From Octopus vulgaris (taxonomy: Eukaryota): 64,000 nt of DNA. The DNA lies in the NCBI GenBank assembly GCA_951406725.2, contig OX597819.1, positions 131,440,001 to 131,504,000 of the forward strand. Reading direction: 5' to 3'. Position numbers and translations under genes: made by a program. The notes under the pieces are model-generated. The model was not told where the DNA came from and searched no databases. It saw only the letters and a list, made by a program, of their open reading frames with translations. Below are positions 11,454 through 24,396 of the stretch, in pieces (the first letter of the stretch is position 1; the number at the start of each line of letters is the position of its first letter).

Positions 11454-12989
11454 CGCAGGAGTGGCTGTGTGGTAAGTAGCTTGCTAACCAACCACATGGT
11501 TCCGGGTTCAGTCATGTGTATTGAGATTGCTCCGTTGACTCACGAAACAATCCCGAGCAGCTTTACATTCAATAGAAGAGGAATTTGCTGTCGCTCCTTA
11601 TATAACAGACGACGTTCAATGATGTCTAGTCCAGCCGATCTTTTCTCTTTTAAGTAACTGCATACGGGGGAGGGGTGGGCAGTATATTTAATCTATTACT
11701 TGTTTCAGTCATTTATGTATTTTAATACTTTTGTTACAACCGGTACTTAACACAACAAAGCTTATACAAAGCTTTACATTTTACTTTTGACAATCTTTTT
11801 CTAAAAAGTGAAACCGGTCAAGTGAATAAACCTCTTTAAAATTGTATTTTCAAACCTTCTTTCATATGTATATATATAGGCGCAGGAGTGGCTGTGTGGT
11901 AAGTGGCTTGCTTGCCAACCACATGGTTCCGGGTTCAGTCCCACTGCGTGGCACCTTGGGCAAGTGTCTTCTGCTATGGTCTCGGGCCGACCAATGCCTT
12001 GTGGGTGGATTTGGTAGAACAAATGGATACAAATATTTATTCTTCCAAGTCTTGTGTTTTTTTTTTTCTGTCGGCCTCTTTTCGTGAACTACTTAGTGGG
12101 ACATAAGCGAACGGACACCAGTTGTGAAACGGTGGCGGGGACAAACACACACACATGTACATAAATGTGTGTATGAGTGCGTGCGTTGTGTGTGTGTGTG
12201 TGTAGACGAGTTTTCAGTTTCCATCTGACAATTTCATTCACAAGGAGCTGAGCAGTGGAACTGAACCGGAAACTTCCTGGTTAGAAGCCACGCACCCTTT
12301 CCAGGGGCTCTATTTATTCATACTTTTCTACTCTAGGTACAAGGCCCGGAAATTTGGGGGAAGGTGCCAGTCGATTAGATCGACTCTAGTACACAACTGG
12401 TACTTTATCGACTCCGAAAGGATGAAAAGCAAAGTCGACCTCGGCGGAATTTGAACTCAGAACACAAAGACAGACGAGCTCTATTTATTAACCCAGCAAC
12501 AACAATATCTGTCTCATCTCTCTGCTACATTGAAGCGCTGAAAGTATTGGCAACATGCTACAGGTCGATATTACAAGCGGAATAAAAATGCCATAGCTTT
12601 GTTTTAAAAGATCAAAGGCAACATGTATACGTCATGAAAACATTTTGCCTTTTGAAGTCGAGGGACATTCATCCGTTTTTATACATTTTGAATGAAAGTT
12701 TCCACCTACCACTACGATACTCTCTTCTTCCTTACAAATAAGATACGGTGGCCTTTATTAAGAAAGAACAAACCGACAATACACAACGATAAACGACAAC
12801 GACAAAGATTGTAATTCGTCCCACGCAAAACACTTCATTGTCATACAGTTGCATAATTGCGCATATTTCTGGTTACTCGTGTATGTAGGACTATATTTAT
12901 AGATACACAGGCACACAGACACAGACACAGACACACATACACACACACACAAACACCTCCACCCCCACCCACACACGTGAGTGTATATC

Positions 12990-13405
12990 TTGTTTCAGTC
13001 ATTTGACTGCGGCCATGCTGGAGCACCGTCTTTAGTCGAGCAAATTGACCCCAGGATTTATTCTTAGCCTAGTACTTGTTCTATCGGTTTCTTTTGCCGA
13101 ACCGCTAAGTTACGAGGACGTAAACTCACCAACAACGGTTATCAAGCGATGGTGGGGGCACACACACACACACGCGCACACACACACACACGCGCACACA
13201 CACACACACACGCGCACACACACACACGCGCACACACACATATATACACGACAGGCTTCTTTCAGTTTCCATTTCCCAAATCCACTCGAGGCTTTGGTCG
13301 GCCCGAGGCTATAGTATAAGACACCCAAGCTATCACTTAGTGGGACTGAACCCGGAACCACATGGTTGGTAAGCAAGCTACTTACCACACAGCCACTCCT
13401 GCGCC
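12990..13405 (-). mobile_element. SINE family A
   Basis: Same head, body and tail as the 1986 copy. Confidence 0.88.
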
Positions 13406-13860
13406 TTTTATTTTCTTTTTTGTTTGTTTCGGTCACTGCACTGCGGCCATGCTGGGGCACCCCCTTGAAGGGTTTAGATGAACAAATCGACTCCGGTACT
13501 TTTGAACCCTGGTACTTATTTCATTGGTCTCGTTTGCCGAACCTATAAGTTATGTGGCCGTAAACAACTGAACACCGGTTGTCAAACAGTGGTGGGAAAG
13601 AAAGACAAACAGACACACACAAATGTATGCGTATTTGTATATTATATGTGTATATATATATATATTAGAAAAAAACCCACCTTTTATCAATTCAATAATG
13701 AAAAATTAAATTATATCATTTAGAAAAATTACATATTATAAAAAGATTAAATATAAGATAAAACATATAACGATGCTAAAGTAATGTGCAAAATAATAAA
13801 TAAAATGTATATATTTGGTTATATTTGGTAATAATAATATGAGGGAATAATATTCCCTCA

Positions 13861-13906
<46 letters not shown>

Positions 13907-13908
13907 TA

Positions 13909-14312
13909 CTCTTACTCTTTTACTCTTTTAATTGTTTCAGTCATTTGACTGCGGCCATGCTGGAGCACCGCCTTTAGTCGAGCAACTCGACCCCGGGACC
14001 CACTCTTCTGTAAGCCCAGCACCTACTCCATCGGTCTCCCCTGCCGAACCGCCAAGTAACGGGGACACAAACACACCAGCATCGGCCGTCAAGCAACGCC
14101 AGGGGGACAAACACAGACACACAAACACATACACACACATACACATACACGATAGGCCTCCCTCAGCCTCCGTTCACCAAATCCACCCACAAGGCATTGG
14201 TCGGCCCGAGGCCATAGCAGAAGACACTTGATTAAGGTGCCACGCAGTGGGACTGAACCCGGAACCATGTGGTTGGCAAGCAAGCCACTTACCACACAGC
14301 CACTCCTGCGCC
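13909..14312 (-). mobile_element. SINE family A, A-to-G hypermutated copy
   Basis: Collinear with the 1986, 20210 and 53025 copies but with dense T>C changes on the + strand. Confidence 0.9.
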
Positions 14313-14522
14313 TATATATATATATATGAAAGAAGGTTTGAAAATGCTATTTTAAAGATGTTTATTCACTTGACCGATTTCACTTCTGTTAGAAAAAGAT
14401 TGTCAAAAGTAAAATGTAAAGCTTTGTAAAAGCTTTGTTGCGTTAAGTACAGGATGTAACAAAAGTATTAAAATACATAATATGGAGGTGGAGAGAGAGA
14501 GAGAGAGAGAGTGTGTGTGTGT

Positions 14523-14585
<63 letters not shown>

Positions 14586-15051
14586 ACTGAAAACCCAGTT
14601 TTGACAAAGTTGAAAATTCAAGAAATTAATGGTGACCTCGTAAAGCAGTTTATTGAACTTTGAAAAACATTCAACGAAGTTTCAGCCAAAGGCCACTTTG
14701 TAGGTTTTACTTTTTAAGAATGCTTTTACGTCAGATATAAAAAGACAAGTCTCAGGGCAGCAGAAGGCCATGTGAAATACCACTTATCTGATGATGTTGG
14801 GTTTGTCATGTTAGGTGTATGAAATCTCACCTGCTTGACATCTTACCTGTTTAAAATTTAACTTGAAAATGGTGGATTATGTTTTCAAATCTATGACTAC
14901 ATCAATAAAAGTCTTTTGTCTCAGTTGCCAGAAAATTAAAATCACCGTCGACAGGTTCCTTCTGAATGTCATTACAGGTTGTTCAGATTCGGCAAACTCA
15001 GAGACACAATAATAGTAAGAGAAAACATAAACCCCAGCCCATTCATGAGAG

Positions 15052-15200
15052 CAGGGCCAGCTCAGGGTACCGGCAACTCAGGCAGTCATCTGGGGTGCCA
15101 AGGATGGTGTGACAAAGACAAGGAAATTACTACGACTGTCAGCTTGTACACACCGAAGTTCAGCTTGCCTGGGGCGCCAGTAACCCTAGGGCCAACCCTA
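15052..15200. mobile_element. Short CAGGG-terminated (hAT-like) MITE; second copy inverted at about 16943-17127
   Basis: cagggccagct...tagggccaacccta termini; internal sequence shared with 16943-17127; no clear TSD. Confidence 0.5.
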
Positions 15201-16799
15201 GTGAAGAATGACAGGAAATGAAGGTTTTCTTCTCCGGCAGATGACCTTCTTTGAGAACCAACTCTGAATTTGTGTGCATCATACAGTATTTACGATAACC
15301 GTAGTTAGATTACTGAGTTTATAATTAACAATTAATTAAAAAGGTATGATGACAAAAATGGTAAGGAAATGGAAAAACTTCTTTTTCCACCTTTCACCCA
15401 TTTCAGTGATTGGACTGTGGCCTTGCTGGGGCATTACCATTAGTCAAACAAATCAAGCACTGCATTTATTTTTTTTAGAGTCCAGGGCTTATTTTATTGG
15501 TCTATTTTGCCAAACTGCTATATTACAGGAATGTAAACAAACCAACACCTGCTGCAAGCAGTGAGAAGAAACAAACATAAACACAGTCACACACACATAA
15601 ATATACCACATGCTTCCACACAGTTTCCAACAACCAAATTCACTCACAAGGCATTGATCAGCCTGGGGCTATAACAGAAGACACTTGCCCCAGATGCCAT
15701 ACAGTGGGATTGAACCCAAAACTACATGGTTACAAAGCAAGCTTCTTAACCACACACTCACATTTGTGCCTTGTTCATTGACAAACATTGTTTGTGTTTA
15801 ATTTTATTTTCACAGAAAACTAACAGATGTTAGATTAGAAACATTTGTGAGAAAGATTAAAAAGAAACAATTTTTTCTGAGAAGACTTTGATTATTTCTT
15901 TAACACGAACTAATTCAAGTTGTTTTTTATTCACATGATTAAGTAGACATTTTCGTCAAAAGTCTGGTTCATTGCTTAAATTATTATAATTTGATTCTTT
16001 TCAAAACAGTGTCCCTGTGATTTCTGTTACATCACAATGAATTAGAGCCACGACTGGTCGTTTTTCTCTCTTCTTCCCTCACCAATCGCTCCAGTGTCTT
16101 GGTTACTCAACAATGTTTATTGTATTCTTTGTCACATGACAGCAAAGCAGCAGCACAATTGGTCGGTTTTATGCAATCCCTTTGTTTGCCACATAATCTC
16201 TGTGTTCTGTTCATTAACGTATTGCTATGGTTTCTCAGGAATTTTCAGTAGATTTCGCGCAGTGCTGTAATATTTAAGTTAATGTTTTTGTCTTAAGAAA
16301 TAAAAGAAAGAAAGAAACGTTAAAAAGAAAAATCAATAAAAGTTCTCTTTCTTTTCTGTTTAATTCTACATATTTGAAGAATAAGTAGCTTCCGTGCTGT
16401 GGAGGTGCAATGGCCCAGTGGTTAGGGCAGCGGACTTGTGGTCATAGGATCGCGGTTTCGATTCCCAGACCAGGCGTTGTGAATGGTGGTGATCCCTGCT
16501 GTACTCTTTCACCACAACTTTCTCTCACTCTTACTTCCTGTTTCTGTTGTACCTGTATTTCAAGGGGCCGGCCTTGTCACTCTCTGTGTCACGCTGAATA
16601 TCCCCAAGAACTACGTTAAGGGTGCACGTGTCTGTGGAGTGCTCAGCCACTTACACGTTAATTTCATGAGCAGGTTGTTCCGTTGATTCGGATCAACCGG
16701 AACCCTCATCGTTGTAACCGACGGAGTGCTTCTGAAAGAGCTTCCATGCAAGCAGGAACTGCCTTATACAACTACTGTGGCATTATGACTGGGTTCTGA

Positions 16800-17740
16800 A
16801 GAAATGACTCCAGATATGTGACATACCTCTTCTTTGCCAAGGCCTTTGACAAAGTCAATCAAAGGAGGGTGTCCCAAACTGCATAGTCTTAGTATCATCG
16901 GGAGACTTGAGAAAACACTTTTCAAAAGATACTAGTTAGACTCGGGGCCAGCCCTAGGGATGCTGGCACCCCAGGCAAGCTGAACCTTAGCATCCTTACT
17001 AGTATAATTTTCTAAAAATTTCACAAGATGAAAATGTAGGCTAAAAATGTAGACTAAAAATGTAATCTAAAAAGCAGATGGCACCCCGGGCAACTGCCTA
17101 AGGTACCGGTACCTTTAGCTGGCCCTGAGGAGATATCAATATTAAGCAAAGTCTTCCAGGTAACTGTATTGAGACCATTACTGTTCATGGTGACTTTGTC
17201 AGACATGTCTTCAATCATACAGCTAGTCACTTGCAATGGCAGTCAAGGAGCCTGGTGGTCCCTAAAACTGCAGAAAGACTTCAATACAATATGCAAATTA
17301 GTTGATTTAAATAACATGCAGTTCAGTGGTGAGAAGTTTTGAGCTTCTACTATCACACCACAAGCATTGTACGCAAGACCAGGGCCTATTGCAACTCTGG
17401 AGCTACTGTCAGTGCACGGCCTGTGAATCTACATGAGTAATGATGCATCATTATGTGTGTATATTACTAAGATGGCAACCCTGTGCAGGTGACTTATTGC
17501 CTGGATTCTGATATCATTCAAAACAGGAAAAAATGTTGCTCCTATGAAGAGCATTCCTTTTCAGTCACATGGAATTCTACTCCCTCTTATGGTTGCCATG
17601 AAGCATCAAACTAACGGCAGAACTACAGAACTAGAGGCAATCCAATGCTCCTGTGCAAAATAGATTCACTTGGTACAACAGATGAACTAAAAGAACTAAG
17701 GCTCTACTTCCTACAGGGAAGACACGAAAGATATGCAGTG
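16800..17740 (+). mobile_element. Degenerate CR1/L2-type LINE reverse-transcriptase fragment, interrupted by a MITE
   Basis: FAKAFDKV, VTVLRPLLF, NNMQFSGEKF and KELRLY-like motifs in broken frames. Confidence 0.65.
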
Positions 17741-18401
17741 AGATATATATATCCTCATCATCATTTAACGTCTGCTTTCCATGCTAGCATGGGTTGAATG
17801 ATTTGACTGAGGCCTGGCGAACCAGATGGCTGCACCAGGCACCAGTCTGATCTGGCAGTCTTTCTACAGCTAGATGCCCTTCCTAATGCCAACCACTCCG
17901 AGAGTGCAGTGGGTGCTAACAATTGAAAATAATTGTAGAAAGCCATTCTCATTATTTTCATCTGAATCTTTAAATTCTTTAATTCTTTCAATACCAACCC
18001 CCATCTGAGATTGTCCCTGATTCTGTGATTCAAATTATTTTTATTTTAAAGGGATCTAAATTTAAATCTGCCATCAACATTTCATGTTTATTTATGTTCC
18101 AAACACTAAATATTTTCACCCAAGGTTACCAATTTTAGGGGTTAGGGTAAGTTGATGTTCTCAACCGCCATGCTCAATGGTACTTAATTAAAAAGCAACT
18201 CCTCCCCACCCCTGCTCACTCTCAGCAGCGTTTGAACTCAGGAGACAAAGCCCAAAGCATTCCTTCCAATGCAGTAATGATGCTGCCAGCTTGCTGCTTT
18301 CCAAACATCACATTAATAATATCTAAATTCTCCATTACTTTCAGAATTAACTGAAACGAAGGCAGTTTGTTTCAACTGAAAAATGGTAACAAAAATGTTC
18401 A

Positions 18402-18631
18402 ATTTGCTTTCCATTCTACTGTATTCTGCACTAAGTACACATGTTCCATTGTTCTCTATTTTTTGAATAGAAAACTCTCAACCAATCCCTTGAAAGCTGG
18501 TTGCCTTCCTTCTTTGTGGAGCAAAGTTAGCTTCCTTGAAAGAAAACATGAGCAAAGCTTTCAAGTGATTGGGTCAGAGTTTTCCATTCAAAAAATAGGG
18601 AGCAATGAATACAGTAGAATGGAAAGCAAAT
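18402..18631. repeat. Imperfect fold-back, MITE-like (about 80-95 nt arms)
   Basis: atttgctttccattctactgtattc / gaatacagtagaatggaaagcaaat outer arms, plus inner complementary arms. Confidence 0.8.
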
Positions 18632-19084
18632 ATTTCTTTCTTTTTTCTTCGTTTACAGCCATTATTATCAGGGTTTTGTGTGGGGCTGTTACACATGGTT
18701 ACCCTTGTTAGAGCTGAAAAATGAGTTCTCTTTGTTGTCAACAGTAGCAGCAGCAGCAACTACATCACTGCCCAGGCATGTTTGCACATTGTCAACAGAC
18801 TGGTTAAGACACACCCAACAATCATTACATCATTTGGTAGATTTTATCTGGTTTTGGTCGGCTGCTTATATTTTCTTTATGGGAATAGAATCATTAAAGG
18901 ATGACCCGAAAGCAGATTTACAGTTACCACGGAGGCACTTTAAAATTTCTATCTTACAATTAACTAAATTAGCATAGAATAATGGTTTCATATTTTTTTA
19001 TAATTAAGATCTAAACTGTAAATATACGAATGTGAAAGATCTAGTTGAATAACTGTAAACCTACTTTTGGGCCACGCTGACAGA

Positions 19085-19275
19085 AGCATTAGCACGTCGG
19101 GCGAAAAGCTTAGCAGTATTTCGTCTGTTTTTAAGTTCTAAGTTCAAATTCCGCTGAGGTTGACTTTGCCTTTCATCCTTTCAGAGTTGATAAATTAAGT
19201 ACCAGTTGTGTACTGGGGTTGATCTAATCGACTGCCCCCGTCCCCCAAAATTTCAGGCCTTGCGCCTAGATTAGA
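19085..19275 (+). mobile_element. SINE family C with conserved gcctttcatcctttc...gataaa..agtaccag core (resembles the Meta/MESC domain, from recall)
   Basis: Core recurs at about 5700, 12400(-), 22170, 23690, 36680, 48080 and 57020(-). Confidence 0.7.
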
Positions 19276-20209
19276 AAAAAATATATTTGGTATGCTTGTG
19301 GGAAAAAAAAAATCTTTTTTAATTATTAGTAGGCACAAGCATGGCTGTGTTTCTCAACCACATGGTTCCGGGTTCAGTCCTAATGGGTGGCACCTTGGGC
19401 AAGTGTCTTCTACTATAGCCCCAGGCTGACCAAAGCCTTGTGAGTGGATTAGGTAGATGGAAACTGAAAGAAGCCCATTGTATATAAATGTGTGGGTGTA
19501 TGTGTTTGTGTCTGTGTGTTTGTCCCCTACCACTGATGGATAACCAGCATTGATGTGTTTACATCTCAATAACCTAGCAGTTGGGCAAAAGAGACTCATA
19601 GAATAAGTACCAGGATCAATTCATTCAAGGTGCTCCAGCATGGTCACAATCTAATGAATGAAACAAGTGAAAGATAAAAAAAATAAAAGATATTATTATT
19701 TTATTTTATTGTTACTATAAAGCAAGCAGTAAACATTTGCTGAAACAAAGAGCTTGATCTAGGTTCAATTCCCAGCTGAAACTATTTATTTCAATTTGTT
19801 TGTGGGTCTAGTATTATTTGCAAAAGCATGAATGTCGAAACTTCTTAAAGCACCATTCGAGTGTGATCATTGCCAGTGCCGCCTGACTGGTCCTGAGATA
19901 GTGGCATGTAAAAAGCACCATTCAAGCATGGTCGATACCAGTATTGCCTGACTAGCCCTTGTGCCAGTGGCATGTAAAAAGCACCCACTACGATCTCGGA
20001 GAGGTTGCTGGGAGGAAGGGCATCCAGCTGTAGAAATTTGCCAGATCGCATTGGAGCCTGGTGCAGCCTTCTGGCTTGCCAGCCCTCGGTCAAACTATCC
20101 AACCCATGCCAGCATGGAAAGCAGACGTTAAACGATGACGACGACGATGATGATGGGGGGGGGGTGCAAAATTAAGCGTATACAGTATCACATCAATGTT
20201 ATGATACTT

Positions 20210-20452
20210 ACTCTTTTACTCTTTTACTTGTTTCAGTCATTTGACTGCGGCCATGCTGGAGCACCGCCTTTAGTCGAGCAAATCAACCCCGGGACTTATT
20301 CTTTGTAAGCCCAGTACATATTCTATCGGTCTCTTTTGCTGAACCGCTAAGTGACGGGGACGTAAACACACCAGCATCGGTTGTCAAGCAATGCTAGGGG
20401 GACAAACACAGACACACAAACATATACACATACACATACATATATACACACA

Positions 20453-20495
<43 letters not shown>

Positions 20496-20657
20496 GACAG
20501 GCTTCTTTCAGTTTCCGTCAACCAAATCCACACACAAGGCATTGGTCGGCCCGGGGCTATAGCAGAAGACACTTGCCCAAGATGCCACGCAGTGGGACTG
20601 AACCCGGAACCATGTGGTTGGTTAGCAAGCTACTTACCACACAGCCACTCCTGCGCC
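20210..20657 (-). mobile_element. SINE family A, full length
   Basis: Same head, body and tail; further copies at about 15400-15770(-), 19330-19680(+), 23137-23541(-), 26231-26400(+), 40650-40850(-). Confidence 0.9.
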
Positions 20658-21362
20658 TATAATTTTAATTCATTAAAATTATTATTAGCACATTAAATTA
20701 GCCTCATTTTTGATATTTTCTGTGTCATTAATCATAATTATACATTTATTATAATTATGATAATACTTTTATGGTAACATTTTAATTTTTTTAATAAAAA
20801 TAAATGAGCATTGTACATGTTTTCTTCTTTTCGTAACTGTATACCTACTTTTGCACCAATCTGTATATTCTTCAATTTTTTTTCTTCCCTCATTAAAAAC
20901 AAACACATATTCATTTATTAAGCAAGTTTCAGTACCCAGGAGATGTCGAAATGGTGTTTTGAAGGGAACAATTTCATTTCTGCTCTTTCCCACTTGTCTG
21001 TATAAATTATGCTTTACAGCAGGGGCAGGGAAGCTTTTTAGTGTGTTGGGCAAAAATTTTCTAAGAAAAAGGTCCGCGGGCGGATCACAAGTTCTAACTC
21101 TTATATCTGTGTAAATCTTGTATATATCTTCTATGTATAGTTCGATATACATAAATAAAGATAAGTTTAACACATTAAATTAACGCCGCCACTGGTATGT
21201 AAAAACACCCATTACACTCTCAGAGTGGTTGGTGTTAGAAAGGGCCTCCAGCTGTAGAAAACCATGCCAAATCAAACTGGATCCTGGTGCAGCCTTCCAG
21301 CTTGCCAGCACTGGTCAAACTGTCCAACCCATGCGAGCATGGACAATGGATGCTAAATGATA

Positions 21363-21397
<35 letters not shown>

Positions 21398-21565
21398 ACC
21401 ATTGTATGGCCTCCATACAATAATTACAATAGAACTCTTACCAAATTTCTTGGTGCTTAAACAAAATGATGAAATGAATTCTAATTTGCAAAAGAAAAAC
21501 ATTAACTCCTATCATTTCCTCTTCCTCCTCCTCTCTTCTGTCTCCATGTTTCTTTCTCCTTCACT

Positions 21566-21769
21566 GTGTGTGTGTATGTGTGTGTGTGTGTATGTGTGTG
21601 TATGTGTGTGTGTATGTGTGTGAGTGTGTGTATGTGTGTGTGTGTATGTGTGTGTGTGTGTGTGTGTGTATGTGTGTGTGTGTGAGTGTGTGTATGTGTG
21701 TGTGTGTGTATGTGTGTGTATGTGTGTGTGTGTGAGTGTGTGTGTGTGTATGTGTATGTGTGTGTGTGT
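21566..21769. repeat. (TG)n compound microsatellite
   Basis: Direct inspection. Confidence 0.97.
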
Positions 21770-22329
21770 AGTATTCTTTTACTCATTGCCCTGCTACCAA
21801 GCTTAGTATGTGCACTCATCCTCTATCATTCAACTTAACTCTCTCTATATCTCTCTTACTCACACTCACACTCTCTCTCTCTCTCTCTCTCTAAACGGTG
21901 TAAAGTTTAACTGGAGAAATCAGTAAACTAACTTGAACCAGGAAATGAAATTATTGCACTACTAACCGACATAATAAAAGTGAAAGTACTTTTGTTCGGC
22001 AGTCCGCATAAACCTCAACAAGGAAATGGAAGTAGATCAATAATTGTTGTTGTTGCTATTATTATTATTATTATTATTATTAAAGTGGTAAACTGGCAGA
22101 ACCTTCAGCATGCCTGCGAAAATGCTTAGCAGCATTTCAGCCGTTGCTACGTTCTGAGTTCAAATTCCACCGGGATTGACTTTGCTGTTTACCCTTTAAG
22201 GGTCAATAAAATGAGTACCAGTTGCATACTGGGGTCGATGCAATTGACTAGCCCTCTCCTCCAAATTTCAGGACTTGTGCCTATAGTAGAAAGGATTATT
22301 ATTATCATTATTATTATTATTATTGTTAC

Positions 22330-22371
<42 letters not shown>

Positions 22372-22510
22372 CATTATTATTATTATTTATTACATAACTG
22401 TTCAATATTTGGTAGATGGAGGCAAATTTCTATTTGCTCACCTGCTACACCTCCGTGTTGCTGAGGTGTGTGTGGCATTGTGTCTTCTTTTCTGATTGTA
22501 TTGCGTTAGC

Positions 22511-22562
<52 letters not shown>

Positions 22563-23035
22563 GAGCTTCTAACACTGGAGATGTACTACAGTGTCAGCTC
22601 TTCACTACCAGTGAACTAAGGTAACACCTCTTATTTTTCGAGCACCATCTGGAGTATTCGAGCAGTTCCAAGCAGTGCTGTTTTCTGCAAGTGCTCCACC
22701 CTTATTGCAGCCCCTATTTGTTCCATGTACTTCCCAAAATTTTTACTCACTGTTCCCAGGGCTCCAACAATTATTGGTACTACTGCCACCTTTTTTCATC
22801 AACCACAACTGCTTAACCTCCCAAGCTAACCTGTCATATCTATCGACTTTTCTTTCTTCTTTATTGCATACCTCATTGTCAGCTGGGTATGCTAGATCTA
22901 TGATCCAGCATCGCTTGCTTTCTTTCTCAATTAAGACGATGTCTGGCTTCCTATTCTCTATCTTATTGTCGCACGGAATCATAAAATCCCACAGGATCTT
23001 TGCATTTTTATTTTCAATGATGCCTTCGGGGTTTG
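22563..23035 (-). mobile_element. R4/Dong-type LINE 3' fragment (restriction-like endonuclease) within (ATT)n
   Basis: KILWDFMIPCDNKIENRKPDIVLIEKESKRCWIIDLAYPAD...EERKVDRYDRLAWEVKQLW; (ATT)n on both sides. Confidence 0.85.
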
Positions 23036-23546
23036 TGGTCGTACCATTATTATTATTGTTGCTGTTGTTATTAAGGCAGTGGGCTGGCAGAATCGTTAGT
23101 GTGCTGTGCTTATAACAGAAAGGATTGTTATTATTACTCTTTTTACTCTTTAACTTGTTTCAGTCATTTGACTGCGGCCATGCTGGAGCACCACCTTTTA
23201 GTTGAGCAAATCGACCCCAGGACTTACTCTTATGTAAGCCCAGTACTTATTCTATCGGTCTTTTTTGCCGAACCGCTAAGTTACGGGGACGTAAACACAG
23301 CAGCATCGGTTGTCAAGTGATGTTGGGGGGACAAACACAGACACACAAACATATACACATACACATACATATATACATATATACGACGGGCTTCTTTCAG
23401 TTTCCATCTAACAAATCCACTCACAAGGCTTTGGTCAGCCCGAGGCTATAGTAGAAGACACTTGCCCAAGGTGCCACGCAGTGGGACTGAACCCGGAACC
23501 ATGTAATTCGTAAGCATGCTACTTACCACACAGCCACTCCTTAGCC

Positions 23547-23593
<47 letters not shown>

Positions 23594-24396
23594 GAAGTAA
23601 TGCAGCAAGCTGGCCAAATTGTTAAAGAGTCAAGACAAAATTCAAAGAGTATTTCTTGTGACTTTCAAACCTGGCTGAGGTTAACTTTGCCTTTCATCCT
23701 TTGGTACTTTATTTTATCCTCCATGGTCAATAAAATAGAGTACCTGTCAAGTACTAGAGTCAATAGCTTCAAGTAATCACTGACCCTTAAACTTTTTGGC
23801 TTTGTGCCTCAGAAAACATTTAGTATTATGGAAATTTGGTCAAGGTAGAACAAAAGTTTTCCATGTTGGAAATGGGCAGTGCGATCTGCTTCACGTTGTG
23901 TGATCTATTCGATGTTGTTTGTCCTAACTTTGCTTGAGACATGAGTGAGTAACTGGATGATAAAACAATGCTTAAGTGGGAAAAAAATTATGTGTAAAGG
24001 TTCATCTGGGAATTATGAATTCAGAGGTTTCCCAGCGTTGTTAGAGTGTAGGAGTGAATAGTTTGTGTTCACGAGGAAGTGTTCACAGTCTTCAACAAAC
24101 TGCTACACAAAAGACTTGAAAATATATGAAGATGTTAACAGAAGAAAGAAAGAAAGAAGAAATAATGGAAGATTTTAGAATAGCTGTCACTGCGTCACGG
24201 GGGGGGGGGAAGGAAAAGAGGATGTCAGTATCCCTGTATTTCAAACAATGGGAGTTTCAATTATGAAAGTATTTGTTTATCCCTGTGTATTGAGAAGAAG
24301 TTTTCTTTCAAATCACACGAGCCTAGGTTCAGTCCCACTGCGTGGTACCTTGGGCAAGTGTCTTCTGCTATTACCTAAGGCCAATCAAAGACTTGT

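Noticed and set aside
18700-18960. Exon-like minus-strand stretch (..DCWVCLNQSVDNVQTCLG..)
   Set aside because: Two in-frame stops and no recognisable family.
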